From an uncultured Gammaproteobacteria bacterium (GTDB taxonomy: Bacteria; Patescibacteriota; Patescibacteriia; CAZVIU01), in assembly GCA_964626935.1 (NCBI GenBank), contig CAZVIU010000001.1, positions 5,056 to 40,452 of the forward strand: 35,397 bases of DNA. The letters run 5' to 3'. Of the stretch, positions 9,019 through 16,459 are shown in pieces. Position 1 is the stretch's first letter, and every line of letters begins with the position of its first letter. The notes under the pieces were generated by a model that made no database searches, was not told the origin of the DNA, and saw nothing but the letters and a program-made list of their open reading frames with translations. The translations under genes and the position numbers were made by a program.

Positions 9019-9561
9019 ATGGACTTTGGAAATTTTCCGCCGCTAAAATATCCAACTGCTTATGTTAGCGTTGACGCCATTGTTTTTCGACCAGATGATG
9101 GGAAGATTTTGACTGGCCTAAGACGTGATGATCCGTGGAAAGGTTATTTGACGCTGATGTTTGGAGGATATGTTGATCCAACTGATGAAGATGCTCAAAG
9201 TGCGGCTGTACGCGAAACTAAAGAAGAAACCGGGCTCAAAGTTCAACTGACTGGATTTGTTGGTATTTACGGCCCAGAGCGATTTAGGCACAGATTGCGC
9301 CGAATAGGTGGCAATAATATGTTTTTTGCTGAAGCTACGAAAGAACCAGCGCACATTCGTCCGAGTGTCAGCATAGCTTTTTCCAGCGTTGTAGTTGACG
9401 GCACACTCAATGATACGACTGAACAAAAAGATTTGAAGTGGTTGGATATTAAAGATATTGTTGACCGGGAATTTATTGCCTTTGATCACGCCCGTGCCTT
9501 ATCTGATTGGTTAAACAATTTTTATTCCTCCAAACGCGCTCTTGTCTTTTTGAACAAATAA
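9019..9561 (+). CDS. Nudix hydrolase
   Basis: Near-canonical Nudix box GGYVDPTDEDAQSAAVRETKEETGL. AAGGAGG SD. Lies 10 nt after the previous gene, so probably in an operon with mgtE. Confidence 0.75.
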   Translation: MDFGNFPPLKYPTAYVSVDAIVFRPDDGKILTGLRRDDPWKGYLTLMFGGYVDPTDEDAQSAAVRETKEETGLKVQLTGFVGIYGPERFRHRLRRIGGNNMFFAEATKEPAHIRPSVSIAFSSVVVDGTLNDTTEQKDLKWLDIKDIVDREFIAFDHARALSDWLNNFYSSKRALVFLNK

Positions 9562-9586
9562 AGATATTCACGATCGTGAATATCTT
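9561..9586. repeat. 26-bp perfect loopless palindrome
   Basis: AAGATATTCACGATCGTGAATATCTT, starting in the stop codon of the Nudix gene. Confidence 0.8.
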
Positions 9587-9593
9587 GTACGAT

Positions 9594-9630
9594 AAAAAAT
9601 CGTCCGCCTGCGGTGGACGATTTTATTATT
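9594..9630. terminator. Bidirectional terminator-like hairpin
   Basis: AAAAAATCGTCCGCC-TGC-GGTGGACGATTTTATTATTTT: a 10-bp stem flanked by an A-run and a T-run, between the convergent Nudix gene and glyA. Confidence 0.7.
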
Positions 9631-9685
9631 TTAAATGTTCCCATTAAATTAATGAGGTTTAAAAGTCCCGCACCTTTCTGTGGTA

Positions 9686-10975
9686 TTAGGAGAAGGGTGC
9701 GGGATAAACCGGAAATTCAGCTGTTAATTCTTTCATTACTTTTTTAGATTTTTGTAAGACCGTATCTGATTTAGGATTTTGAAGTATTTGCGCAATTATT
9801 TTTCCAATTAGACACAGTTCACCTTCTTTCATTCCGCGAGTAGTCAAGGCTGGCGTGCCTAGTCTTATGCCCGAAGGATCAAATGGTTTGCGGCTGTCAA
9901 AAGGGATTGTATTTTTATTAACAGTAATACCAGCTTGAGCAAGAAGATTTTCAGCTTCTTTGCCAGTTAAACCAACAGAAGTGACATCAGCGAGAATCAG
10001 ATGATTATCAGTGCCGCCGGTGACCAAACGTAATCCGTGAGCGAGGAGTTCATTGGCTAAGACGCGGGCATTTTTAACAATCTGCTCACCGTATTTGCGA
10101 AAAGCAGGTTTAGCTGCTTCGGCCAAAGCCACGGCAATGGCTGCAGTTTGATGATTATGCGGTCCGCCCTGAAGCCCGGGAAAAACCGCGCGATCAATCA
10201 TTGTTGGCAAATATTTAGGTGTTCGTTCTGGCGGCGCAAGCAGGGGATTTGATGGCTCGCCATTACATAAAATCATAGCGCCGCGCGGCCCGCGCAAAGT
10301 TTTATGAGTGGTTGTTGTAATGACATCAGCGTATTTTGCCGGAGACGGATGGACGCCGGCAATAATTAGTCCGGCAACGTGGGAGATATCGGCAACTAAA
10401 TAGGCATCGACAGTTTTAGCAATGCTAGCGAGTGCCGCCCAGTCAAAAATGCGCGGATAAGCAGTAGCGCCAACAAAAATCAGGCGCGGTTTTTCGATTA
10501 ACGCTTGCTTTTCCAAAGCATTATAATCCAGCCAGCCGTCTTTGCCGGTAACATATTGAACTGCGTTATAGTAAACGCCGGAAAAATTAACTTTCCAACC
10601 ATGAGTTAGATGGCCGCCGTAGAACAAATGCAAACCCATTAGTTTTTCACCAGGCGCAAGTAAGGCAAAACAGACTGCTTGATTAGCTGGCGAGCCAGAA
10701 TAGGGTTGAACATTAGCATGACTTACTTCGAAAAGTTTTTTAGCTCGCTCTTGCGCCAAAAGTTCAATCTTGTCAATAAATTCATTGCCGTCGTAATATC
10801 TTTTGCCTGGATAGCCTTCTGAATATTTATTAGTCAGCGGCGTGCCTAAAGCCTCTAGCACAGCGCGCGATACATAATTTTCTGAAGCAATTAAAGATAG
10901 CTCGTGGTTTTGACGAGCAAGTTCTTTATTAATAAGTTGATTAATTTTAGCATCAGTTTTTGGTAAATAACGCAT
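9686..10975 (-). CDS. glyA: Serine hydroxymethyltransferase
   Basis: LIASENYVS, GSPANQAV and the PLP-lysine region TTTTHKTLRGPRG; about 429 aa, full-length SHMT. Confidence 0.95.
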   Translation of the reverse strand: MRYLPKTDAKINQLINKELARQNHELSLIASENYVSRAVLEALGTPLTNKYSEGYPGKRYYDGNEFIDKIELLAQERAKKLFEVSHANVQPYSGSPANQAVCFALLAPGEKLMGLHLFYGGHLTHGWKVNFSGVYYNAVQYVTGKDGWLDYNALEKQALIEKPRLIFVGATAYPRIFDWAALASIAKTVDAYLVADISHVAGLIIAGVHPSPAKYADVITTTTHKTLRGPRGAMILCNGEPSNPLLAPPERTPKYLPTMIDRAVFPGLQGGPHNHQTAAIAVALAEAAKPAFRKYGEQIVKNARVLANELLAHGLRLVTGGTDNHLILADVTSVGLTGKEAENLLAQAGITVNKNTIPFDSRKPFDPSGIRLGTPALTTRGMKEGELCLIGKIIAQILQNPKSDTVLQKSKKVMKELTAEFPVYPAPFS

Positions 10976-10994
10976 GACTTGATCATAGCATAAT

Positions 10995-11018
10995 AAAAAC
11001 CCCTGATCTAGTCAGGGG
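10995..11018 (-). terminator. Terminator hairpin downstream of the 11037..11336 gene
   Basis: On the minus strand this reads CCCCTGACTAGATCAGGGG followed by TTTTT. Confidence 0.65.
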
Positions 11019-11036
11019 CAGAAAAAATATTGATTC

Positions 11037-11336
11037 TTAATTAGTTAAGTAAAGTTCAATTATATGATCATCATCACTGTCTTGATATAATCTGGCCTTG
11101 AGCGGTTTTAGTAATTTAAAAGTAATATTGCTTCTATGAGGCAGGGGCAGATAAACAGCCTTGTTTCTGGATTTCAGCGATGTTTGTAAGATTACTTTAT
11201 GGGTTTTTGGCGGGCTCATTTTAAATTTTGAAGGCGAAATCTCCAAAATACTTTCAAACGGATTTTCTGTGTCTTGAGTTAATCTAAGCTGCACCAAGAC
11301 CCCAGCATTATTATGAACATAGATTTCGTCAGCCAT
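11037..11336 (-). CDS. Hypothetical small protein
   Basis: ORF with GGAGGAG SD 6 nt before ATG 11336 (the track ORF starts further upstream at 11363). No recognisable motif. Confidence 0.45.
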   Translation of the reverse strand: MADEIYVHNNAGVLVQLRLTQDTENPFESILEISPSKFKMSPPKTHKVILQTSLKSRNKAVYLPLPHRSNITFKLLKPLKARLYQDSDDDHIIELYLTN

Positions 11337-11349
11337 GTTGTCTCCTCCT

Positions 11350-11384
11350 GACACAAAAACCAATTACCAACTGCCAACAACTAA
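11350..11384. repeat. Heptanucleotide tandem array x5
   Basis: CCAATTA CCAACTG CCAACAA CTAATCA GTAACTT, between the two small minus-strand genes. Confidence 0.7.
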
Positions 11385-11409
11385 TCAGTAACTTTAATTC
11401 CAACCGTTG

Positions 11410-11739
11410 CTAATTTATTAATTGTGTGATTTTAACAATATGTTCGCCAGCTTTTTCATCAGTTGTTTCTTCAGATTTCAGACAGATACCTTTGACGCGA
11501 CTGACATCTATAACTATGCCATTGAACCCTTCCCAGTTACCGATGAGCTTGATTGGGAAACCCGTTCGTGGTTCAATTATAGTTTGATTATGTAAAAAAT
11601 TAAGATGCCAGTCTTCTTCCGGGAATTCTAGAACCACAATTCGTAGCTTCCAGATGGGGATAGATTTAAAATAAACCCGAAGTCGCTGATTTGTTAAATT
11701 GTAAACGAGCACTCTTTTTATTCGCTTGGCACGCGGCAT
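11410..11739 (-). CDS. Hypothetical small protein (basic N-terminus)
   Basis: 109-aa ORF on the same strand as 11037..11336, similar in size, with a similar ending (HIVKITQLIN vs HIIELYLTN). No family recognised. Confidence 0.45.
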   Translation of the reverse strand: MPRAKRIKRVLVYNLTNQRLRVYFKSIPIWKLRIVVLEFPEEDWHLNFLHNQTIIEPRTGFPIKLIGNWEGFNGIVIDVSRVKGICLKSEETTDEKAGEHIVKITQLIN

Positions 11740-11886
11740 GGGCCTGCCTTGCTATACACTAATTATAGTAAAACATACTATAGACCTTTTTTCAATATTC
11801 TGATCGGGCCCGAACCCCGATCATTAATCAGGGCTTATTGACTTTTTTCAAAGCTATGGTTAAGTTCTTTAATAGGAGGATGGTGA

Positions 11887-12528
11887 ATGAGAAAAGCTGG
11901 CATTGTTGCAGGCACCTTGCTTATCTTGGCAAAGTCAGCCAGCGCGGATAAAAATTTTGGTCTGGGCTTGGGATATGATCGAGTTTTCAGTGACCAAGCG
12001 AGGATTATTGATACACTGAAACCCAATATTCATTTACGCGCGCCTAAGTATACCATGCTCGAGCTTGGCGCTGAAGTCGGGAAAAGCTTGGTTCTAGATT
12101 TCAAGTTCCATCTTTTAAGATTTGATAGATTTTCTTTGCACTTGATTGATCCGGGAATTTATCTACCATTCCATGATTTATTTTTTACGCGGCAGGATGT
12201 GAAACGCTCATTTGATTTTATCTTTGGCGGGGGAGTAGATGTTTTTCTATATCAAGGCTTAATGGTTTCTCTAGGCGCGCGCTGGATGTTCCCAAATTAT
12301 TTCCAAGTCATGCCCGATGTTAAAGACGGTAAATATGATCAACAAACAGCAATTGCTGAAGATGAAGGAACAGGTAGTGGTCCACCCTTGGGTCCGCCAA
12401 TGCTTTGGAGCATTCCGATTGAAGATCCAGCCGCCAAAGCCCTAAACCACGCCAATTTCCTAAAAGATATTTATCTTGACTCTTTAGGCGCTGTACATTT
12501 AACTTTTGATTTGCGGTGGTACTGGTAG
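11887..12528 (+). CDS. Secreted protein with outer-membrane beta-barrel-like features
   Basis: AGGAGGA SD; signal peptide MRKAGIVAGTLLILAKSASA. Alternating-hydrophobic strands (FGLGLGY, LVLDFKF, FDFIFGGGVDVF) and a C-terminal VHLTFDLRWYW ending in an aromatic residue. Confidence 0.5.
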   Translation: MRKAGIVAGTLLILAKSASADKNFGLGLGYDRVFSDQARIIDTLKPNIHLRAPKYTMLELGAEVGKSLVLDFKFHLLRFDRFSLHLIDPGIYLPFHDLFFTRQDVKRSFDFIFGGGVDVFLYQGLMVSLGARWMFPNYFQVMPDVKDGKYDQQTAIAEDEGTGSGPPLGPPMLWSIPIEDPAAKALNHANFLKDIYLDSLGAVHLTFDLRWYW

Positions 12529-12530
12529 TT

Positions 12531-12567
12531 AGCACGAAAGCACGAGAGCACGAGAGCATGAAAGCAT
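12531..12567. repeat. Octanucleotide tandem array x4.6
   Basis: AGCACGAA AGCACGAG AGCACGAG AGCATGAA AGCAT, 3 nt after the stop of the beta-barrel-like gene and just before the terminator hairpin. Confidence 0.8.
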
Positions 12568-12574
12568 TAAAAAT

Positions 12575-12608
12575 AAAAACCCTGTCAGAATGATAGGGTT
12601 TAGTTTTT
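12575..12608. terminator. Bidirectional terminator between convergent genes
   Basis: AAAAACCCT-GTCAGAATGAT-AGGGTTTAGTTTTT. It overlaps the stop of the minus-strand gene. Confidence 0.6.
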
Positions 12609-13070
12609 GGTGAATCTTTCATTTATAGATTTCTTTGCTATTTCGAAATGCGCGTGTGCTTTTTGTAAAATATTTTTGGCACGTTCAATCAGGCCGCTAT
12701 TTCTACCTAACTCAATAGATCTTTCAGTAAGGATTTCGCTGACTGTCACACTTCGCCACTCAATTCCTGTAATTTTCCAACTTATTTCAGTTTGACGTTC
12801 GGCAGTGATCATTAAAAGTCCGGCGTAAGTTTGCAAGCTCGCAACTTCTCCATAACCACCGCTAGATTTTGGAAACTGCCGATAGTTTAATAATCCCCAT
12901 TCTTTATCAAGGAACGTTCCGACCTGTATTGAAATACCAACCAGTTCTCCATCCTCATATTTATACTGCCAGATAGGTTTTAAATCTTTCTTTTTCATCC
13001 ATCGTATGTAAAAATAGGTCGTAAATCCACCAATTACAAAGGCTACAAGAGGAAGCCATGCCCAAATCAT
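12600..13070 (-). CDS. Membrane-anchored hypothetical protein
   Basis: AAGGAGGAA SD before ATG 13070. N-terminal TM helix IWAWLPLVAFVIGGFTTYFYI followed by a soluble domain. No family recognised. Confidence 0.5.
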   Translation of the reverse strand: MIWAWLPLVAFVIGGFTTYFYIRWMKKKDLKPIWQYKYEDGELVGISIQVGTFLDKEWGLLNYRQFPKSSGGYGEVASLQTYAGLLMITAERQTEISWKITGIEWRSVTVSEILTERSIELGRNSGLIERAKNILQKAHAHFEIAKKSINERFTKN

Positions 13071-13161
13071 ATTTCCTCCTTGCGTTGTTTGTTTATAAAG
13101 AACCAAAGTTTTACATGGTTTATATTACCAGAATGCCATGATTATGTCCAGAGGAATGAAG

Positions 13162-13190
13162 TTGACAAGTTGAGCTTTAATTGATAGTGT
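13162..13190 (+). promoter_or_regulatory. Putative sigma-70-type promoter of nrtR (extended -10)
   Basis: TTGACA (13162-13167), a 17-nt spacer containing TG (13182-13183), then TAGTGT (13185-13190). ATG 13202 follows 11 nt later with no SD. Confidence 0.5.
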
Positions 13191-13201
13191 ATCATCAACA
13201 C

Positions 13202-13858
13202 ATGAAGAAATATCAAGACATAAAAGTTGCTGTTGATATAGTCATCTTTGCTATTCGCGACGGTAAACTACAAACGCTTCTAATTCAAATGAAAAAGAAG
13301 CCGTTTTATCGTTTTTGGGCATTTCCCGGAGGACTTATCAAAAAGACCGAAACACTAGATCAAGCGGCGCACCGAGAACTGTATGAAAAAACTGGTCTAA
13401 GGAATGTTTATCTAGAACAGCTCTATACTTTTGGCGAGCTTAGGCGGGATCCTTTTGGCCGCGTGGTTTCAGTTGCTTATTTTGCATTAATCCAAGAACC
13501 GAAAAGACTTAAGCCCGGAGCGAAATATCTGGATGTTAGACTGTGGCCAGTTAGCAAACTCCCGCACCTTGCTTACGATCACACTAAAATTTCTCGGTAC
13601 GCGCTTCGTCGACTGCGCGCCAAACTTCAATATTCAAACGTAGCTTGGAGTTTGCTGCCTCGAGCCTTTTCATTGGGGGATTTGCAAAAAGTTTATGAAA
13701 TTATTTTGGGTAGGAAAATTGACAAGCGTAATTTTAGAAAAAGAGTTAAGGATTTAGAACTTTTGAAATACACTGGCAAAAACAGTCAAGGACAGCATCG
13801 ACCAGCCAAGCTTTATAGATTTAGGACAATAAAATCGGTGTTGGTGGAGGTGACTTGA
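13202..13858 (+). CDS. nrtR: NrtR-family Nudix-related transcriptional regulator of NAD metabolism
   Basis: N-terminal Nudix fold (GGLIKKTETLDQAAHRELYEKTGL, one E to K change in the box) plus a C-terminal winged-helix-like segment (LPRAFSLGDLQKVYEIILGRKIDKRNFRKR). Heads an NAD gene cluster. ATG 13202. Confidence 0.8.
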   Translation: MKKYQDIKVAVDIVIFAIRDGKLQTLLIQMKKKPFYRFWAFPGGLIKKTETLDQAAHRELYEKTGLRNVYLEQLYTFGELRRDPFGRVVSVAYFALIQEPKRLKPGAKYLDVRLWPVSKLPHLAYDHTKISRYALRRLRAKLQYSNVAWSLLPRAFSLGDLQKVYEIILGRKIDKRNFRKRVKDLELLKYTGKNSQGQHRPAKLYRFRTIKSVLVEVT

Positions 13859-14002
13859 CAGTGGATAAGTCATTGTGTTAGTGTATAAATAACACTGAGA
13901 TTTTATAGAACAATCTTTTGTTACGAAACACAGTAATTAAGCGCTAAAAAGTCTAAGTACATTGATAAATTTCATACCTAGGTGCGAGAAAGGAGAGGAG
14001 AG

Positions 14003-14839
14003 GTGAAAACCAAAGTAGCCATAGCCACAGTGAAAACAGCGCCGGCGGAAGTTTTTAAAAATGTTTTGCTAAGGAAATTTGCCGGGGTTCCAGATTTTGA
14101 AGTGGTAGGAGAAGATAGCCGTGATTATATTATGATCGTTTGCGGCGGTGATGGGTTTTTACTAGAAACTGTGCAACGTACCTTGGGTCATGCTCGCGGT
14201 TACTTTGGTATTAATCTGGGGACAGTTGGTTTTATGATGAATGACTTTGGCGGACTCGTGCCTAACGAGATTGTCAGTCAAGTTGTAGATTTAATCCGGT
14301 CGAATTCGTTTAAAGTTGTAACTCATCCGCTCTTGCGTGCGGAGATTAAACTTATAGCTGGAGAGAAATTTGTTCGTTATGCTGCCAACGATGTTGTCGT
14401 TAGATATTTTGATTCTGATCAAGCTGTGCGGCTTGAGATCGTGATTGACGAAGTCACTCTACCAGTTTTTTCTGGTGACGGCATAATTTTAGGCACGCCT
14501 GCTGGATCAACTGCTTACACCTTGTCAGCCGGCGGCTCGCCAGTTGATCACCGCCTTAAGTGTTTTACCTTGACGCCAATTGCGCCGCAAATTTCAGCCG
14601 AATTTGCCAACTTGACAAAGCCGATGATTCTATCACCTGATGCCAGAGTAATTATTCGCGTGCTTGAGACGAAAAAAAGGCCAGCACGGTGCAGTATTGA
14701 CACAAGCGGCTGGAACGATATAGAAGAAGTGGCTGTTTCCCTTAAACAAGGAAAGGACTTTTCTCTGCTTTATGTGCCCGGTTGGAATTATTTTACTCGA
14801 CTTTCACAAAAGATTTTTGGCGTGAAACAACGAAGGTAA
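14003..14839 (+). CDS. nadK: NAD kinase
   Basis: GGDGFLL, NDVVV and GDGIILGTPAGSTAYTLSAGG motifs. GTG 14003 with AGGAG 7 nt upstream (the track ORF begins at GTG 13982). Confidence 0.85.
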   Translation: MKTKVAIATVKTAPAEVFKNVLLRKFAGVPDFEVVGEDSRDYIMIVCGGDGFLLETVQRTLGHARGYFGINLGTVGFMMNDFGGLVPNEIVSQVVDLIRSNSFKVVTHPLLRAEIKLIAGEKFVRYAANDVVVRYFDSDQAVRLEIVIDEVTLPVFSGDGIILGTPAGSTAYTLSAGGSPVDHRLKCFTLTPIAPQISAEFANLTKPMILSPDARVIIRVLETKKRPARCSIDTSGWNDIEEVAVSLKQGKDFSLLYVPGWNYFTRLSQKIFGVKQRR

Positions 14840-14841
14840 TA

Positions 14842-14873
14842 ATTTGTTCGATGTTTCGCTTCGAATAAAAAAC
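14842..14873 (+). promoter_or_regulatory. Conserved NAD-island element, copy 1 (before nadM)
   Basis: ATTTGTTCGATGTTTCGCTTCGAATAAAAAAC. It can form a 9-bp stem TTTGTTCGA / TCGAATAAA with loop TGTTTCGCT. The 24-nt core matches copy 2 at 22 of 24 positions. Confidence 0.6.
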
Positions 14874-14892
14874 AGAGGCGCTAAAGTACAAT

Positions 14893-14922
14893 CCCCATCT
14901 TTTTAGTAGATGGGGGCTTTTT
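14893..14922 (+). terminator. Terminator or attenuator hairpin between nadK and nadM
   Basis: CCCCATCT-TTTTAGT-AGATGGGG followed by GCTTTTT. It lies 18 nt after the conserved element at 14842-14873. Confidence 0.7.
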
Positions 14923-15004
14923 CCGAGATCGTAACTTCTCGCGGTCTTGGAGAAGAGCTCTTTAGATAAGGCGTATGTGATTTTAAGCAAGGAAGGAGAA
15001 AGCC

Positions 15005-15496
15005 ATGGATCAAAAACCAAAAATCGGTGTTGTGGTTGGTCGATTTCAGCCATTGCATCCGGGGCATGTACGATTAATGCAGACTGCTTATGATCAGTGC
15101 GATCAAGTGAGGGTCGTGATTGGATCAACACAATACGTTGAGCCTTTACCGGTAGAGGAACGACGTCGGCGCATTGTCCGAGCGCTAGAAGTAGCCGGCT
15201 GGGACAAGGGCCGATATGAAATTATTGAACTTCCTGATATTCATAATCTGCCACGTTGGCCGCAACATCTTAAAGAAACCTGTAAGCTGACTAATGAAAC
15301 CGATAATTTATATTTCACAGCTGATCAGCCATCAGCCGATTTCTTGCGGTATATTGAAATGGCTGGATTTACTTTTTGTTTGCATGATCGGCCGTCATTT
15401 ATTTATAGGGGTCCAGATGGTCGAGAATACGAAGTTAGGTCGGCTACGGAAATTCGTGAGTTGCATAGGCAATTGGGAGCAGAGGATAAGTTATAA
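15005..15496 (+). CDS. nadM: NadM-type nicotinamide/nicotinate mononucleotide adenylyltransferase
   Basis: GVVVGRFQPLHPGH (HxGH nucleotidyltransferase motif) in a 163-aa single-domain protein. GGAGAA SD. NAD-cluster context. Confidence 0.75.
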   Translation: MDQKPKIGVVVGRFQPLHPGHVRLMQTAYDQCDQVRVVIGSTQYVEPLPVEERRRRIVRALEVAGWDKGRYEIIELPDIHNLPRWPQHLKETCKLTNETDNLYFTADQPSADFLRYIEMAGFTFCLHDRPSFIYRGPDGREYEVRSATEIRELHRQLGAEDKL

Positions 15497-15517
15497 CTCT
15501 TAGTTTGATTTGGGGTA

Positions 15518-15546
15518 TTGACATGGGCGTAAAAATAGAGTAAGGT
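15518..15546 (+). promoter_or_regulatory. Putative pncA promoter
   Basis: TTGACA (15518-15523), a 17-nt spacer, then TAAGGT (15541-15546). The -10 is weak. Confidence 0.35.
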
Positions 15547-15547
15547 C

Positions 15548-15577
15548 ATTTGTTCGACGTTTCGCTTTGACAAAAAC
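15548..15577 (+). promoter_or_regulatory. Conserved NAD-island element, copy 2 (before pncA)
   Basis: ATTTGTTCGACGTTTCGCTTTGACAAAAAC, immediately downstream of the putative -10. It is followed by the hairpin CCGCCCGAC / GTGGGACGG. Confidence 0.6.
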
Positions 15578-15663
15578 CGCCAGCCGCCCGACTAATGTTG
15601 GTGGGACGGTAGAAAAGGCCTATAGGTTACCAAAGTAAAGCAAGAGTTTGTAGGAGGGTAGGC

Positions 15664-16281
15664 ATGAGCGAAAACGGGCTTAAAGAGCCGCAAGCTCGAT
15701 GGCCGCGAGCAGCATTGTATAAAGAATATCAACTTGATCTATCAAGATCAGCGTTTGGTCTTGTAGATGTACAGTATGATTTTACGCCTGGTGGCGCGCT
15801 GGCCGTAACCCGAGGCGATGAAGTAGTCGCGCCGTTGAATAGTTTGATGAAGAATTATCCTTGGGCTTTTGTTTTTGCATCACAAGATTGGCACCCGGAA
15901 GATCACTGCTCCTTTAAGGATCGGGGTGGTCTTTGGCCGCATCATTGTGTGCGAGGTACACAAGGCGCTAATTTGCGCGATGAGCTTGATCAGTGTTTCA
16001 TTTCGCTAATTGTGCGTAAGGCAACCCAGCCTGATCGAGATGCGTATAGCGCATTTGATAGCACAGGACTTGATGCTTTACTTCGCGCGTTAGGAATTAA
16101 TACGGTATTTTTGGGTGGTCTGGCAACAGATTATTGCGTGAAGGCTACTGCGCTTGATGCTAAGAAAGCTGAATTTAATGTGGTGGTCGCGCTTGAAGCA
16201 TGCCGCGCGGTGAATGTGAATCCGGATGACGAAGCGAAAGCAGTCGCTGAAATGCGTGCTGCCGGCATCGTTTGTCTGTAA
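15664..16281 (+). CDS. pncA: Nicotinamidase (isochorismatase fold)
   Basis: Asp in LVDVQYDF, Lys in IVRKAT and catalytic Cys in LATDYCV. AGGAGGG SD. Sits next to pncB. Confidence 0.8.
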   Translation: MSENGLKEPQARWPRAALYKEYQLDLSRSAFGLVDVQYDFTPGGALAVTRGDEVVAPLNSLMKNYPWAFVFASQDWHPEDHCSFKDRGGLWPHHCVRGTQGANLRDELDQCFISLIVRKATQPDRDAYSAFDSTGLDALLRALGINTVFLGGLATDYCVKATALDAKKAEFNVVVALEACRAVNVNPDDEAKAVAEMRAAGIVCL

Positions 16282-16288
16282 TTTTTTT

Positions 16289-16335
16289 CGCGTAACCCCG
16301 TTACGTTTTGTGTAACGGGGTTACGCGAACTTTTT
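16289..16335 (+). terminator. Strong terminator after pncA
   Basis: 16-bp perfect stem CGCGTAACCCCGTTAC / GTAACGGGGTTACGCG with loop GTTTTGT, followed by AACTTTTT. Confidence 0.8.
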
Positions 16336-16459
16336 AAAGACCAAAGAGTTGCTATCAGGTTGGTAATAAATCTTTGTTCTTTGAGAAATTTTTAAAACCG
16401 AATCTAGCACCAGACGCTTTGTGGTGGTACGGGGCATGCTTTGAAAAAAGGAGAGAAAA

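Noticed and set aside
11410-11739. PilZ-like c-di-GMP receptor, suggested by the Arg-rich N-terminus RAKRIKR and DVSRVKG.
   Set aside because: Neither RxxxR nor D/NxSxxG fits in register, and the two motifs are about 70 aa apart instead of the usual 20-30.
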